A stretch of 62,982 nt of DNA, the filler included, from Olpidium bornovanus S191 (Eukaryota; Fungi; Olpidiomycota): the NCBI GenBank assembly GCA_017911155.1. It is 32 parts of 32 records of this genome, joined end to end, with 100 filler letters (N's around TTAATTAATTAA, not from the genome) between each part and the next. Parts side by side here need not be neighbours in the genome. Positions count along the whole stretch, not along the records: positions 12,815 to 14,857 come from JAEFCI010003484.1; positions 14,958 to 16,715 come from JAEFCI010011545.1; positions 16,816 to 17,958 come from JAEFCI010008175.1; positions 18,059 to 21,330 come from JAEFCI010004509.1; positions 21,431 to 23,288 come from JAEFCI010008547.1; positions 23,389 to 25,341 come from JAEFCI010004139.1; 26 more parts are not named here. One strand, written 5' to 3'. Below, piece after piece: positions 12,815 to 24,915 of the stretch; the first letter of the stretch is position 1, and each line of letters opens with the position of its first letter. Made by a program: the position numbers and the translations under genes. The notes beneath the pieces were generated by a model, which made no database searches, was not told the origin of the DNA, and saw only the letters and a list, made by a program, of their open reading frames with translations.

Positions 12815-13677
12815 CATGACATTACAAAAGTTTCATCAGAACAGGGGCACATACAACACTAACCGTTTTCTTCAGTCCTCGCCTGCAGCTCGGTTTTCAT
12901 CACTGAGAAATCAGAGTTGGCGGGGCCCGGCTCCGTCTTTTTGCTTAGATTGCCAATCAGCCACGACCCTCTTCCTTTCTACCGTCGCACATCACCGAGC
13001 GCAGGACGCGGTGCAGACGCAGGTCAGCGCGTGGTAGCATTGCGCGCAACTCCCCCCTGGGTGGAGCCACTTCATAAATTCCAAGCGCAGGCTGCCGCGC
13101 ACCTGAGATAACGATTCTTGAAGCATCTCCACTCGCTTCGTTAACCGCTAAAGTTTGAAGACGGCATCCACAGAGTCGTGCAGCCGCGCGTCAGCTGCTG
13201 CCCGAAAACGCAGGATGCAGCCAGGACTTCAGACGAACAGTGACATATCCCCAGCACCTCGTTGTGAAACTTGAGCAAATCCAGCTCCTGCGACGCCACG
13301 TGTAATCTTTTCTCCTTCTCTCTCACGCTGTCGACGAGGGCTTTTTTCTCCGACTGTTCCTGAATCCGGTTTGGTCCATATCTTCACGTCAACATCACAC
13401 GGAACGGTCTGAAGCAGCTATACGCAGATATCTGCCGGCCCCTTCCCCAACCTGCAACATTGCTTTCTTCAGCGCGGCGTGCTGGGTCTGCATACTGTTT
13501 TGTCGTTTAGAGCCGGCGAAGTAGAACGCAAAAGCCGTTCCCCGTTCCGTTCACATTTCCAAATATTTGGCGCACGACCGCGAAGCACTTGGCGAGTTCG
13601 CGCACGCACCACGAGTGCTCCCGAAACAATCGCTGGTACCTGTCCGAGAGATCGGCGACCCAGCGTTCGTCTGACAT
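12815..13677 (-). CDS. PPP1R21: PPP1R21 (FERRY subunit Fy-2) homologue, N-terminal KLRAQ coiled-coil; exons 13610-13677, 13452-13494, 13258-13359, 13103-13147, 12864-12978
   Basis: Five phase-compatible GT-AG exons give MSDERWVADLSDRYQRLFREHSCMQTQHAALKKAMLQEQSEKKALVDSVREKEKRLHVASQELDLLKFHNERLTKRVEMLQESLSQ...VMKTELQARTEEN. This is colinear with the human PPP1R21 N-terminus as recalled (LQGKYQKLAQEYSKLRAQNQVLKKGVVDEQ...QEMDSLTFRNLQLAKRVELLQDEL...DLQKKIEEN). Confidence 0.85.
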
Positions 13678-14957
13678 TGACGCAAAACGAGAGCGGTTGC
13701 GCGTTAGTTATAGGGTCGGCTCCGCCTACGCCGGCCGGACCCGGTGCGGCGCTGCTGGAACACAGAAACGAGGACGGCGTGGAAGCATGGGCCCCGAGGC
13801 CTCACCGTCGGGATCCCCGGTCCCGTTCGACGGAACATGGTTGCTCATCGTCGACGCGGCACCGATTCGGCGAAGCGGAAGTTGGCGGGAAGTTAAGAGG
13901 GAAAAAAAAAGAGAGGCGAGATGACGTCCGCCCCGCAAGGGGCCGGGCTGGCGGGGTGTTGCCGGTGTGCACTTCGCCGGCCCCTATGGTTCGTGGCGGG
14001 CGCGGATGGGACCCGAGGCAGGAGCTGCCGCTGTGATTTACCCCGCGCCGTGGCCAAAAGTCGGTGTGAGCAGTGCGCCCCCGCCCCCATCGGCCCTCCC
14101 TTTCGCTGCCCGCTGGAGGCGCGGTCTCGCGCCGCCCGCGACGCAGACTCTTGACAGTCCTCTGCCCGTCGCAAATACTCTTATTTGACCGAGAAAGTTC
14201 CCGGCAGATCAGGCAAGGGCAGAGCGGCGACGTGCTGCCGCAGCGATGTCTGACTTGCCACACACATTGAGACCGCTTTCCGGCAGTCTTGCTACCGAAC
14301 GACAGTTGTGTCACGGTTACGCCCGCCAAAACCTGTTGTTGCAAAGAAAATTTTCTTCTGCGGACAATGAACGGCGTTCTGGCTTCCTCTTCCACCGGCC
14401 GAACCGTCATGTTACGTTCGACGCCGATATCAACCTCTCCGTAAAGCCAGAGCTTAAACATCACAATTGACGCAGAGCAAGCAGTAAACTATCTTCTGCA
14501 CCTCGGCGAGCTTTGCTCTTTGAAAATTAGTGTCAAATCCACAATTAGGTTCTCTGTGAATCCTGAATTGAATCCCTGGAATTTGCAAATCCTGGCCCAT
14601 CCAGATCTGCAAATTTGCATATCCTGTGAATCATGCGAATCGACAAATCCCGTAATCCCAGTTCCGACTTTGGCTTTGGCTCTGGCCGGGGGCTCATCAG
14701 GCGTGTTGTCGATAGCACAATCAGGATTGACAACAGCATGCTTGGAAAATGGACAAGAGGAGGTGAATCGAAAAGAGGTTTGTCAAATGTGACATCTACT
14801 CTCTAAACGACAGAGTTACTGCGAGTACCCCGGGGCCGACATTCTTTGCTGATGTCGNNNNNNNNNNNNNNNNNNNNNNNNNNNNNNNNNNNNNNNNNNN
14901 NTTAATTAATTAANNNNNNNNNNNNNNNNNNNNNNNNNNNNNNNNNNNNNNNNNNNN

Positions 14958-16589
14958 GGAAGGGCGCACACGGGGAGAAAGGGGATGGCCAAACCGTTTA
15001 CCTCCCGTGAATGAGGAGATACGCCGCGGACAAAAATCCAGCCTCCCGCGGATGACGCGCGCGACCTTCCTTTTCGTATTTTCGTATTTTTGTCCCTGCA
15101 TGACGAATTCTTGAGACTTGCGCATGACGGGCACGCGGTCTGCGAACGGGAATTGAACCATTATAGATGCATCCACAATGCAGTATTCTACATGGCCGAA
15201 AGGCGACAGACCGGCATTCACAGCCAAAAAAGATTGATGACTTTTCGGTCTGTCTACCCCGTTAAACGGGCGCGCGGTCTCCAGGGAAACTGACGCCGAC
15301 GGACTTAAGAAGTCACCGCGATTCCAAGCACGTTCGTCCACGGGATTCACCCACTCCGCAACGTCAATTCCGAGCTCGTCCGCCAACAGCCTCAGGACGC
15401 TCGTTTTTCCTGACCCGGCGGGACCCTCCAAAACCAAAAGTTTTCTACGCTGCGTTTGTTTTTCATTGGTGTTGATTACCACGGAGGCGCAGAGGATGAG
15501 GGTGAGAGGAGGGGGGAATCTCGGATTCGACAACCGACCGGGGAAAAGTTTCCCACTCCAGAAAGTTACTGGCTCACCGTACGACAAATCTCGCCGGAGG
15601 CAGATATCGCCTGGACGAGCCAAGTTCGGACCTGTCGAATTTTGTTCTCGTGGATCGCGCGGTCCGCCTGAAATGAAACAATTCGCCGCGGGGGTCAACT
15701 TCCGAGGCGACGAAAGCGAGACAAGGACGACTTTCAAAAGCATACCTCACTCTTCGGGGCATACCTGTCAATCCACAAAGTGCCGGATGCGCCTGGGAGC
15801 CAAAACTCGGTCAACGTTTACCCCTCAAGGCCTCGCCAAAATTCCCCTCCCCAATGAGTGTCGAAATCGCGCCACGCACTGAGAAAAAGGTGTTTTCGCC
15901 GTTCGCGTCCGGCGCAGTATGCTGAACCACAGCCTGAGCTTACTCCGCAATATGCTGCGAGCGGCATATGCGGAAGGAGCTGCTGCTCCGCCTGCCGCCG
16001 CTTGTTCGAAGTTGAACTTCCACTTTTTTTTTGAAGATCGCGGCAAAAAAAGATAAAAAAAAAAAGTCCTCCGTCAGGGCGGCGCGAGTCCAAAGAAGTT
16101 GCCGCGGGAGGCTTGCGGCCCAGTTCGGACGATTGTTTTTGGTTTTCGCGCGCGCTACATTGCGGGCTGTGTCCGCGGCGCGGACTGCCTCAATCCGTCG
16201 AAGAGCAAATCCGCGCGTCCCTCCAAGCGCGCGCCCCTCCGCCGCGGCCTCCCTTCGCCGTCGAGATTGCTGCACTTCCGCGGGAGACACCCCCGCGCGC
16301 CGGGTAAGCCTTTTTCGACGGCAGCGGCGGCGCCCTGCGGCCGGCGCTGCCCGTGCGTGGCGCCGCCGCCGCCGTCGTCTTCCTCGTCGTCGTCGTCGTC
16401 TTCTAGGACGACCTTGCGAGCGGCGGCGCGCCTGCGGCGGGACCTGTGCCGCGGGAAGACCAGCTCCAGATCGGAAGCTGCCTCTCCAGCCGCGAGCGCG
16501 CTCTGGAGCTGGTCCGGCATTCGAGAGATCGACCGTCGACGGTTGCGCTTGCAGGCGCCGCCACACGCGGCGTCGGTGTTTCTTGCCAA
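14958..16589 (-). CDS. RAD17: Checkpoint clamp loader Rad17/Rad24, 5' part
   Basis: LWIDRYAPKSE | ADRAIHENKIRQVRTWL | KLLVLEGPAGSGKTSVLRLLADELGIDVAEWVNP: RFC-type WxDRYAP, Walker A and the EWxNP motif of Rad17. Confidence 0.9.
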
Positions 16590-16622
16590 AAAGGAGTGCG
16601 CCAGCGGAGGGCCGCGGAGGCC

Positions 16623-16667
<45 letters not shown>

Positions 16668-16815
16668 AGAGAAAACCCCCCCCCCATAAGAGGCGAAAAG
16701 AGATCACGCGCACCCNNNNNNNNNNNNNNNNNNNNNNNNNNNNNNNNNNNNNNNNNNNNTTAATTAATTAANNNNNNNNNNNNNNNNNNNNNNNNNNNNN
16801 NNNNNNNNNNNNNNN

Positions 16816-17697
16816 CATGCTCCAGAATAATTCCACGAAAACTCCTGAATTTTGCTCTCTCGCCCCCAATTACTTTTCGTCCGTACCTGTGTCGAGCAAA
16901 CTGCTGCCGGAATGGAAACGGATTTGGGACAAGAGGTCACGCGGAGGCGTTCTCCTGTTGCTCGATACGAATATAACGTCGTCGTCTTCCGCAGCATGGA
17001 CGATATCGTCCTCGGAATCAACGTTAATGGCAAACACCTCCCGATCAGGGCCGGTCTCGGTTTCGTTTGACAGTTGTCCACCCGTCCCCGCCGCAGAGCT
17101 TGCCGTCCAGGTAAGGTCGGGATCGGTGAGGTCAATAACCTCCGTGGGAAGCGTCGTCGTCCGGCCGTCACATATACCATCCGCGGCGGCGGGGCCAACA
17201 GCGTCGACGGCAGCACCCGGCTGTCGGCGTGGTTGCCGAGGTGCGGCGTGATCCACAGCCCGCGCGGGCAAGTCCCCCTCTGACACAGAGCGTGCCGGTG
17301 AGGCCGCCCGCCCGGCCCAAACGTCGGCGTGGTCGTCCGCAAGATCCAAGCCGCCGGCTCTTCGGTCGGCACCGGCCCGCCGCCGCCGGCAACGAGAAAC
17401 CGAGGGCTCTCCCGATTGCGCTGCGGCCGCGCTCGGGCCGAAAGACCGGCATCCTGCGGTGGCGGACGGGCGGCCGGGTTCTGCGGAGAGCGAGGAGGCG
17501 GAGCGCTGCCGGCTACGCTGGGCGCGGCGCGCGTTGGACGCCACCGAAGCCGAGTGGAGGCCAGGAAGCGGCGGCGCAGCCGGCGGCATTCCGTCGTGTC
17601 TCGGACGGGTGAGGGCGGTGGGGGAAGGACCGGGTGCGGGGGGCTTTTGTGAGGGGGAAGGTGCGTTCTGTGTGTTTTTTTTTTTGTCCGCTCTCAT
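16816..17697 (-). CDS. SIM-rich disordered protein, candidate N-terminus of a SUMO-targeted ubiquitin ligase (RNF4/Slx5/Rfp-like)
   Basis: 275-aa ORF with EVIDLTD, VFAINVDSEDD and EDDDVIFV hydrophobic-acidic motifs. It ends at a GTAATT donor, so it continues off the fragment; no RING is visible. Confidence 0.5.
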
Positions 17698-18870
17698 GTT
17701 GCTTTCCGCGTGCGGGCTGGGCTTTGGGAGTGTTGTGAACCGAAAGAGTACGCTTGTTCAGATATGCGCCCTCGTTTTTGCCCCTTTTTTTCTTTTTCTT
17801 TTTCTTTTTCTTTTTGACCGCCCGGCACCTCCCTGCTGTAACCGTCAACCACAGCAAATACACGAGAGAACGTTGAGCTGAACGTAACAGATTAAGAGTC
17901 TCAGCCTCTCCGCTGAGGAAGCCATCCGCCGCTTCAAGCGTCGTCGCCGTCGCCGCTCNNNNNNNNNNNNNNNNNNNNNNNNNNNNNNNNNNNNNNNNNN
18001 NNTTAATTAATTAANNNNNNNNNNNNNNNNNNNNNNNNNNNNNNNNNNNNNNNNNNNNATAAAGACGGAGCCCCAATAGTTTTCTGCGAAAATGGGGTGG
18101 GGAGTCGGGAAGGGTGGGGAAGTTGGGCCGGTGGGCCGGCCGATCCGGGCTACGCATATTTTTTTTTTCATAACTCATGCATTCTGCACGTATTACTTCC
18201 CCTTTCCAACCTCCCCCCCCCCTTCCCCGTCCCTCTTCCTTTTTTTCCCGATGCCTTTCTCGTCTGCTTGGCCTTTCCGGCCCCCTCTCCCCATCCCCCT
18301 CGTTTTTCGTCCTATCGTCGCCTTTGCAGCTCTGCCGCCCACGGAATATCGTATCGCTCTGTCACGAGCCACTCATACAGCTACATCGTATTTTGCCACA
18401 CAATCGGAAAATAGATATCGTTTTCCCGCGAAGTTTTTCGGAATGGGGGAATCGCAAATCGGCGGGGAACTCGCTTGTCGCAGTAGCCTACCGGTGTCGC
18501 CTAGATTGCCAAGGATCGGCACACGCAGGCAGGGCGATCACCCCGCTCCGCCTCATACAAAAAGTACGTGCGCGGCCCCGTCCGTCGGCGCCCGCGCAGG
18601 AAAAAGGAGGCAGAGCTGCACCGTCGGTCGGCGCCGCGCCGCGTGAAGAGGCTAGTGCGACGCCGCAGGAGAAGAGCACAAAACTTAGCCAAGCCCGTCT
18701 TGTCCTCGCCGTCCTTTGTGAAGGAAGCGGGGCCGCCGGCAAGTATCGCTCCTACTTTCAAAGGCCCCGAATGCAAAACTTGCGGGAAGCGGAAAGGCTT
18801 CTAGCATTCACTCTTCCCTATTGCCGAGTTTACCACGGAAGAGACAAGCGCCTTGCGAGGAGCACGCCTG

Positions 18871-19586
18871 ATGATCGCGCCGCTCGACGAGACCAATTGG
18901 CCGTCGTGGAAGGCCAGTATGAGAGCAGTCCTCCTTCGGAAAGGCTTATGGTTCACTGTGAACAGGGAAGAAAAACAGCCTGACATTGTCTCAGACAAAA
19001 CGACGGTAACTTTTTTTTACCAAATGTTCCACCGAACAGAAAAGGACGAAGCGGGACCCAAGCGCTCCGTGATTGGACGCGATCTGACGGAGAAGCATAC
19101 GGAGAAATCTACCTTCACGTCGCCGACTTGTATAAACACGTCCTGGAGGGCTGCGGAACCGCCCAAGGGGCCTGGGACGCCCTGAGAACGCGTTTTGAAG
19201 AGGTAGGGCCGAGCGCACGCCTCGACCTAAAGGCAGCCCTCTACGCGTCGAAAATGGAACCATCAGAGACTTTCAGCCAGTTCCTCTTGCGCACGAAGGA
19301 CCAGGTGACTCGGCTGACGAACCTCGGAGAAGACAGCGTCAAGGACTGGGAGAGAAAGACGCGAGACGTCATCCTCATGGGATGCCTCGCGCTGTTCCGC
19401 ACGACCATCGAAGCGTTGGAAAGCCGCACGCGTCGCGACCGGGATTCCAAAACGTGGACTACGCCATCACTGAGCGAGACGATCGCAGTGTTATGTGAGG
19501 CGGATGCCCGGCGCCGACGGGCGGAGACGTCTGATATCGGGGGGCTCTCTACTCGGGCTCCAATCTACTCTCCGTCGGGCGACTAA
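18871..19586 (+). mobile_element. Ty1/copia Gag-like coding region, split by a one-base frameshift near the T8 run at 19010-19018, with no pol downstream
   Basis: MIAPLDETNWPSWKASMRAVLLRKGLWFTV (copia Gag N-terminal motif), then in the -1 frame QALRDWTRSDGEAYGEIYLHVADLYKHVLEGCGTAQGAWDALRTRFEEVGPSARLDLKAALYASKMEPSETFSQFL (UBN2/Retrotran_gag_2 pattern). Stop at 19586. Confidence 0.85.
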
Positions 19587-20159
19587 TTGACAAGGGAGTG
19601 CGTCCGGGGTCGCGGCTGCGGACTGAGTAGCGGGAGAAGAAAGGATTTTTCTGTCACGTGGACACACGTGCCTTTACGTCCGGAGTTCCACCCCTGAAAA
19701 ACTGGGAAAAGCCGGGGAAAAGGGTGAGGGGGGGGGGGGAAGGAGGCCTGCGCGAAAGCACTGGCTTCAATTGACGATGGCGGCCGGCAGTCGTAGGTGC
19801 GTGCGGGGTTGGCAAGGAACCCCCCCCCTCATCATTGACTTCCCGTTGTACGCCCTGTGGCGGAGTTGACAGGCAAAAAAGTCCCAGACCCTGCCTCCGC
19901 GATGGGCTTGCAGGTGGCAGGGAGGGTACGATCTCGTTTCGTCGTCTTCTGCCCGATGCGCGCGAGGCTCAGGGTGCCTCTCGTGTGCTCCCTCGCTCGC
20001 GCGGGAGACGACGGCCGGTGGGTGGCGTCTGGTGCGCGCAGGTTGCCACGTGGGGAAAACGCCACTCGCCCCTGTTTTTCTGCCCTTTCCGCCCCGGCAG
20101 AAAAGGGAGAGCGCTCGCCATTCCGGCAAACGGAGACGACCGGTTGCCGCTGACCACAA

Positions 20160-21257
20160 ATGCCTCCCGAGGAAGCCCCGGCGGCGGCGGAGCAGGGCGG
20201 CGAGCAGCAGCGGCCAATGGAGGTCGACGGTGACAACGAATCGACCGTGGCCGCTACCGCCACCGCCGCCGCCACCGCCGCGAACACGATAACTGCGGAC
20301 GGGACCGTGTCCGACGGCGATGGGGAGGACGCGGACAAGGCATTCGAAGGACAGAAACATGCGGAGGACGCCGGCGGCGACGGCGGCGAGGCGCAGGAGG
20401 ATGTCGAAGACGAGGACGACGAGCGGGACGACGCTGAAATGCAGGAAGTTGCCGGCGGTTTGGAGGGCGAGCAGCATGCGAGAACGGTGGGTGCGTGGTG
20501 ATGGTTTTGCCGAGGGACAAGGAGCGTTTTGCTTTCCCACTGCCGCGCAGAGACGCTGCCGCGCGGACGACAGAGGCCGAATAAACGAAATTTACCCGCT
20601 TTATACCGCGTTCCGGTGCGCCGTTTGCCTTGTGTGGTGGTCTTCGAAGGAGGAACGCGAAAAGAGGCGGGCAGAGAAGAGCGCTGCGAAGCAAGCTGAG
20701 CGGGCGGCGAAAAAAGCCAAGCGGGATCAGGAGACCCGCGAGCGCAAGCACGTCTTCTCCGATAGAAAGAAAGCCCTAGACCAGACGAAGGCATGGTTTT
20801 TGTTTCTTTTTTTCTTTTCCTGTGTTGGCTTCCTTGAACAGCGCGCACGGCGGCACTGCCACGTCGTTCGGGGAAAATTGCGCCTTAAGGCACTGAATGT
20901 AGCTGACCTTCGTGGTGGACGCTACCTTAGATCCAAGACACCGCGAAGCGGTTCGCTTATCTCCTCGGGCAGACCGAACTTTTCTCTCATTTCATCAACT
21001 TGCGGATGTCCGAGGACGATAACTTCAAGGCTTTGATTGAAGAAACCCAGAAGCTGAAGTCTGCGAACAAAAAGGACGGGTATGTGGGCTGGGCGGAGTT
21101 CTCCCGTCGTATTAAAAAGCCTTATCTTACGCCGCCGATTTGGTCGGGCCGTGCAGCTCGAAGCGACACCGAAAGACGGAGCAGGAAGAGGACGCGGAAT
21201 TGCTCCGCGACGCAAACAGCGCGGACGAACCGATGGTGTTCACGGACAGCCCCAATT
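20160..21257 (+). CDS. ISWI: ISWI-family chromatin-remodelling ATPase, N-terminal part
   Basis: Acidic N-terminus, then IQDTAKRFAYLLGQTELFSHFI and SKRHRKTEQEEDAELL...VFTDSP, the motifs that precede the ISWI/SNF2H ATPase domain. Confidence 0.92.
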
Positions 21258-21546
21258 GTGCGTAATGTAAAAAACGCAGTTCTTTTTTCCATTTTCGAAA
21301 GTGCAGTTACTGACCTCTGTCTTTTGCATGNNNNNNNNNNNNNNNNNNNNNNNNNNNNNNNNNNNNNNNNNNNNTTAATTAATTAANNNNNNNNNNNNNN
21401 NNNNNNNNNNNNNNNNNNNNNNNNNNNNNNCATGAATTATGTTGTACGCCGTCGTACTCTCCGATGCGGCCGCGGCTGCCTGCTTATTACACGAAAAGAT
21501 GAAGTGGTGCCCTTCGGCTTGTAACTCTTTCCAAATTGATATTCAG

Positions 21547-22571
21547 GTTATTCCTGCTCCACCGGGCTCTTGGGTACCTTACCGTGTCAAGATCGAAGAC
21601 AAAGTGTCCTACGTCAAGTCACAAACCAAAGAGTACGACGAGGAAGCGTTTCGATACCTCTCGTACGTGGCGTACCCGCTGATGGCTGGCTACGCGGTGT
21701 ATTCGCTGCTGTATGAGAAGCACAAGAGCTGGTACAGCTATGTGCTCAACACGGTCGTCGGGTTCTGTTACATGTTTGGATTTTTGCGCATGGTAAGCGT
21801 CCGTCTTTTTCCAATTTGTTTTCGTTTCTTTTCATTTCTTCTTTTTTTATATCCCCAAGCGCGCAACAGTGTGCGCGCTTCGCGTTGCTAAGCCGGTCTT
21901 CGTTTTTTGGCTGCTCGAAGACGCCGCAATTGTTCGTGAATTACAAGCTGAAGAGTGTTGCTCACATGCCGTGGAGAACGATGGTTTACAAGGTCCGTCC
22001 AACGGTTTGCCTGACCCCGGCTATCTTGCATTCCTTCACTAAACTCGAGTTTTTGCATCCCGCGCGTGCTTTCAATCTGCTGCAGTCGTTGAACACGTTC
22101 ATTGATGATCTGTTTGCGTTCATCATCAAGGTGAAAGGCTACTTTTTTTTCTTTCCACCACGCATTTACGGCGGCCTTCGTTCTGAGCTTTGGCGTGTAA
22201 CCCCACTCGTGCGTCTTTTTATCTTGTTTTTTTTTTCGTAGGCGCCTCTGCTTCACCGCATCGCATGCTTCCGCGACGACGTGGTCTTCCTCGTGTACCT
22301 CTACCAAAAGGTGGGTTTGGTTTCTCAGGCTGGGCCTGCCGTGAAGGCGGCGGCAGACGAGCCCCTCACCTCCCCCCCTCCCCCAACCCCTTCCCCACCC
22401 GCTCATTTTCGTTGCCGCGCGTTTTCTTGTCGCTTCCCGCAGTGGATCTACCGCGTCGACCCGACCAGGGCGAACGAGTTCGGCCAGGTCGGCGTGCCTG
22501 ACGAAGAGGAGCGGGCGACCGACGCGAGCCCGGAAGCCGCGACGACGACCGAGTCGAAAAAGGAAAAGTGA
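21547..22571 (+). CDS. CLPTM1: CLPTM1/CLPTM1L-family membrane protein, C-terminal exons
   Basis: SQTKEYDEEAFRYLSYVAYPLMAGYAVYSLLYEKHKSWYSYVL...FGFLRM | TPQLFVNYKLKSVAHMPWRTMVYK | SLNTFIDDLFAFIIK | HRIACFRDDVVFLVYLYQK | WIYRVDPTRANEFGQ. Confidence 0.97.
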
Positions 22572-23043
22572 AGACTTTTTTTTTTTTCCTGGCCGGCTTT
22601 CCTCCCCTCTATTTTTTTTTTTTCTCTTTCGGTGCTTTATCTCTCGCAGCCTCCTCTTTCGGACAGGACTGGCTTCCCCCCCCCGGCTGTCGGACCTTCG
22701 ACAGAAGCTGCGCGATGCGTGGGACCACGTCGCGATCCAAACCCCCCCCCACCCCCCGCCCAATGTCGTTTTTGTTTTTTCTTCAGTTCGGCTTCTCGTC
22801 CACTTCCCGGCACGCGCAGAAACACCGTTTTTTTTTTTTTTTTTTTTTGCGGGCCAAAGGTTTCATTCATACGCTGCGTCCATAAAAGGCTGCTTTTACA
22901 CTGTAGTAGGTACAGGCCGATGCCGCAGAAGGAGAGGGAGAAAAAAAAAAATGCTTATCCCACTTTCGATTCGTTCCTTTTTTTTTCCCTTTCTCCTTTC
23001 GACCTGCGCGCGCAGGGAAGTGGCATTATTTTCTTCTCCAAAT

Positions 23044-23077
<34 letters not shown>

Positions 23078-24728
23078 GAAAGAGAAGGAAGAGGAGAACG
23101 TCGACGCCCGAAGGGGCGACAAAGCGGCAATGCCCAAGCAAAGAAGGAGAAGCATGCAAAGGAGCTGAGGGACCGCGGAGCAGCAGTGCAACCGGACTCG
23201 TGCGACGACGACGGCGACGACAGAAACCTCCGAAGAGCCTCGAAGAGGAGGCATGGTTGTGCACGAACCTGCGAACCCCTGGGGTCACNNNNNNNNNNNN
23301 NNNNNNNNNNNNNNNNNNNNNNNNNNNNNNNNTTAATTAATTAANNNNNNNNNNNNNNNNNNNNNNNNNNNNNNNNNNNNNNNNNNNNGTAAGCAAAGGC
23401 AAAAGGCGGGCGCTAACGAGCGAAGTAGTGCAAGAGCGCAACGGTGCAAAAGGGCGAAACGATGCAAAGGAGTCGAAATCGAAGGGAAATCGAGGGGAAA
23501 CGGGGTTCGAAGCTAAGATAATCGAAGGCGAGGGTCAATGTCCGCCGAGGCCATTTTGGGCGCCGACAACGCTCCGGATGGGCGTCAGCGTGATTAAAAC
23601 GATTGAGCAGCACTTGCATGTAGTGTCGTTGCACGAGGTGCACGGCTCTGAGATTTTTGTCTCGCAGAATTTGCATGCAGAGGACACTTGAGAGGGCACC
23701 ATAGCTCGTCAGCGTGGCGCGCAAGATCGATGATAACAGATTCAATGGGGCCCTCAAAAATCAACACATCAATTCAAGTAGCGAGAATTGCAATCATGGA
23801 GGTAAAGTCGTGCAGAACGGGGTTGAAAAATCATTGAAAAAACCATGGTCGTCATCGGAAAAATCATGGGCACCTTGCTCGGCGCTACGCGCGGAGTTGG
23901 CTTTGTGGGTGCCGCTGTTTTTGTGTTGTTCGTGGTCGATGCGTTTGCGGTCGCCTCCACTACTCCCCCTCCTCACGCCGCACGCCGTTGTCGGGGTCGA
24001 AACGTCTCCGAAGCCTTCTCGATGTCGACGTTATAGAGGGCGGAGGAGAGTCGACGGGACAGGAGATAGGATGGCAGGTAGCAGACCCATGCCCGCCGGG
24101 GACTTGTGCTTTCGAATGGGGAAGACGGGGAAGGGAGGGGACGAGACAGGGGGAAAGCAAGATGCTCCCACAGGGACACAGTAGACGATCGCGAAGTCGA
24201 CACGCAGGCAGACGCTCTGCCCCTGGCCCGACGGCACAGAGGGCACCCAAGACTTAGCTTTCCTCGACTTCGATGTGCAGCAGCAGCCCGACGGCAACCT
24301 TTTCAACTTCGACCCCGTCCTCCTTTTCTATTTCGATGGCAGGGTAGGGGGGTTTCTTTTTTCGCGACAGGAAACAAGGAAAAAAAAGGCGGAGAAAGCG
24401 GGGGGGGGGAGGGGTAAAATAAAAACAGACCCCCTTCCCCCCCGAAACAAAAGAAAGGGGTAAATAAAAAAATCGACTGACTACGCAAGTCGAGAAAAAA
24501 TTGGCGGAATTGTGTACATCGATCTCGCCGGGAGGGAAAGCAAAGGCCATGGATTTGCAACAAACAAAAGGAAAGGGGCACCGACGCGGTGCCTGTCATC
24601 AACTCGCCAGCTTGAGCGATCATTTGGCGCCGACACCGTTGCCGGGCATCGGCGTGGATGCTTGGCGACGAAGAACATAGAGACTGTTGGAATTTCTTCT
24701 TTTTTTTTCTTCCTTCTTGTTTGGGCCA

Positions 24729-24850
24729 CACCAAGACGGGCAACTCGAATTCTTGCTCAAATGGCACGGATACCCGACTTCCGCCAACTCGTGGGAACCT
24801 CTTGGGTATCTGTCATGTACCTGGCTCTTGCGCCGATACTTTGAACATTT
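24729..24850 (+). other. Chromodomain-like segment in frame with the downstream copia RT
   Basis: HQDGQLEFLLKWHGYPTSANSWEPLGYLSCTWLLRRY matches the chromodomain core (G..EYLVKWKGY...NTWEP..NL.C..L+..Y). The N-terminal strand is obscured by a T-rich stretch and frame break. Confidence 0.8.
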
Positions 24851-24915
24851 GAACCTACCTATACCACGTCAACTTGTTGACGTGCCATTGGCGTACTTTA
24901 CAAATGTTTTAACGA

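Noticed and set aside
23389-24686. Integrase core upstream of the chromodomain (weak DDNRF...QNGVEK echo)
   Set aside because: Too degenerate to call by eye; needs a profile search.
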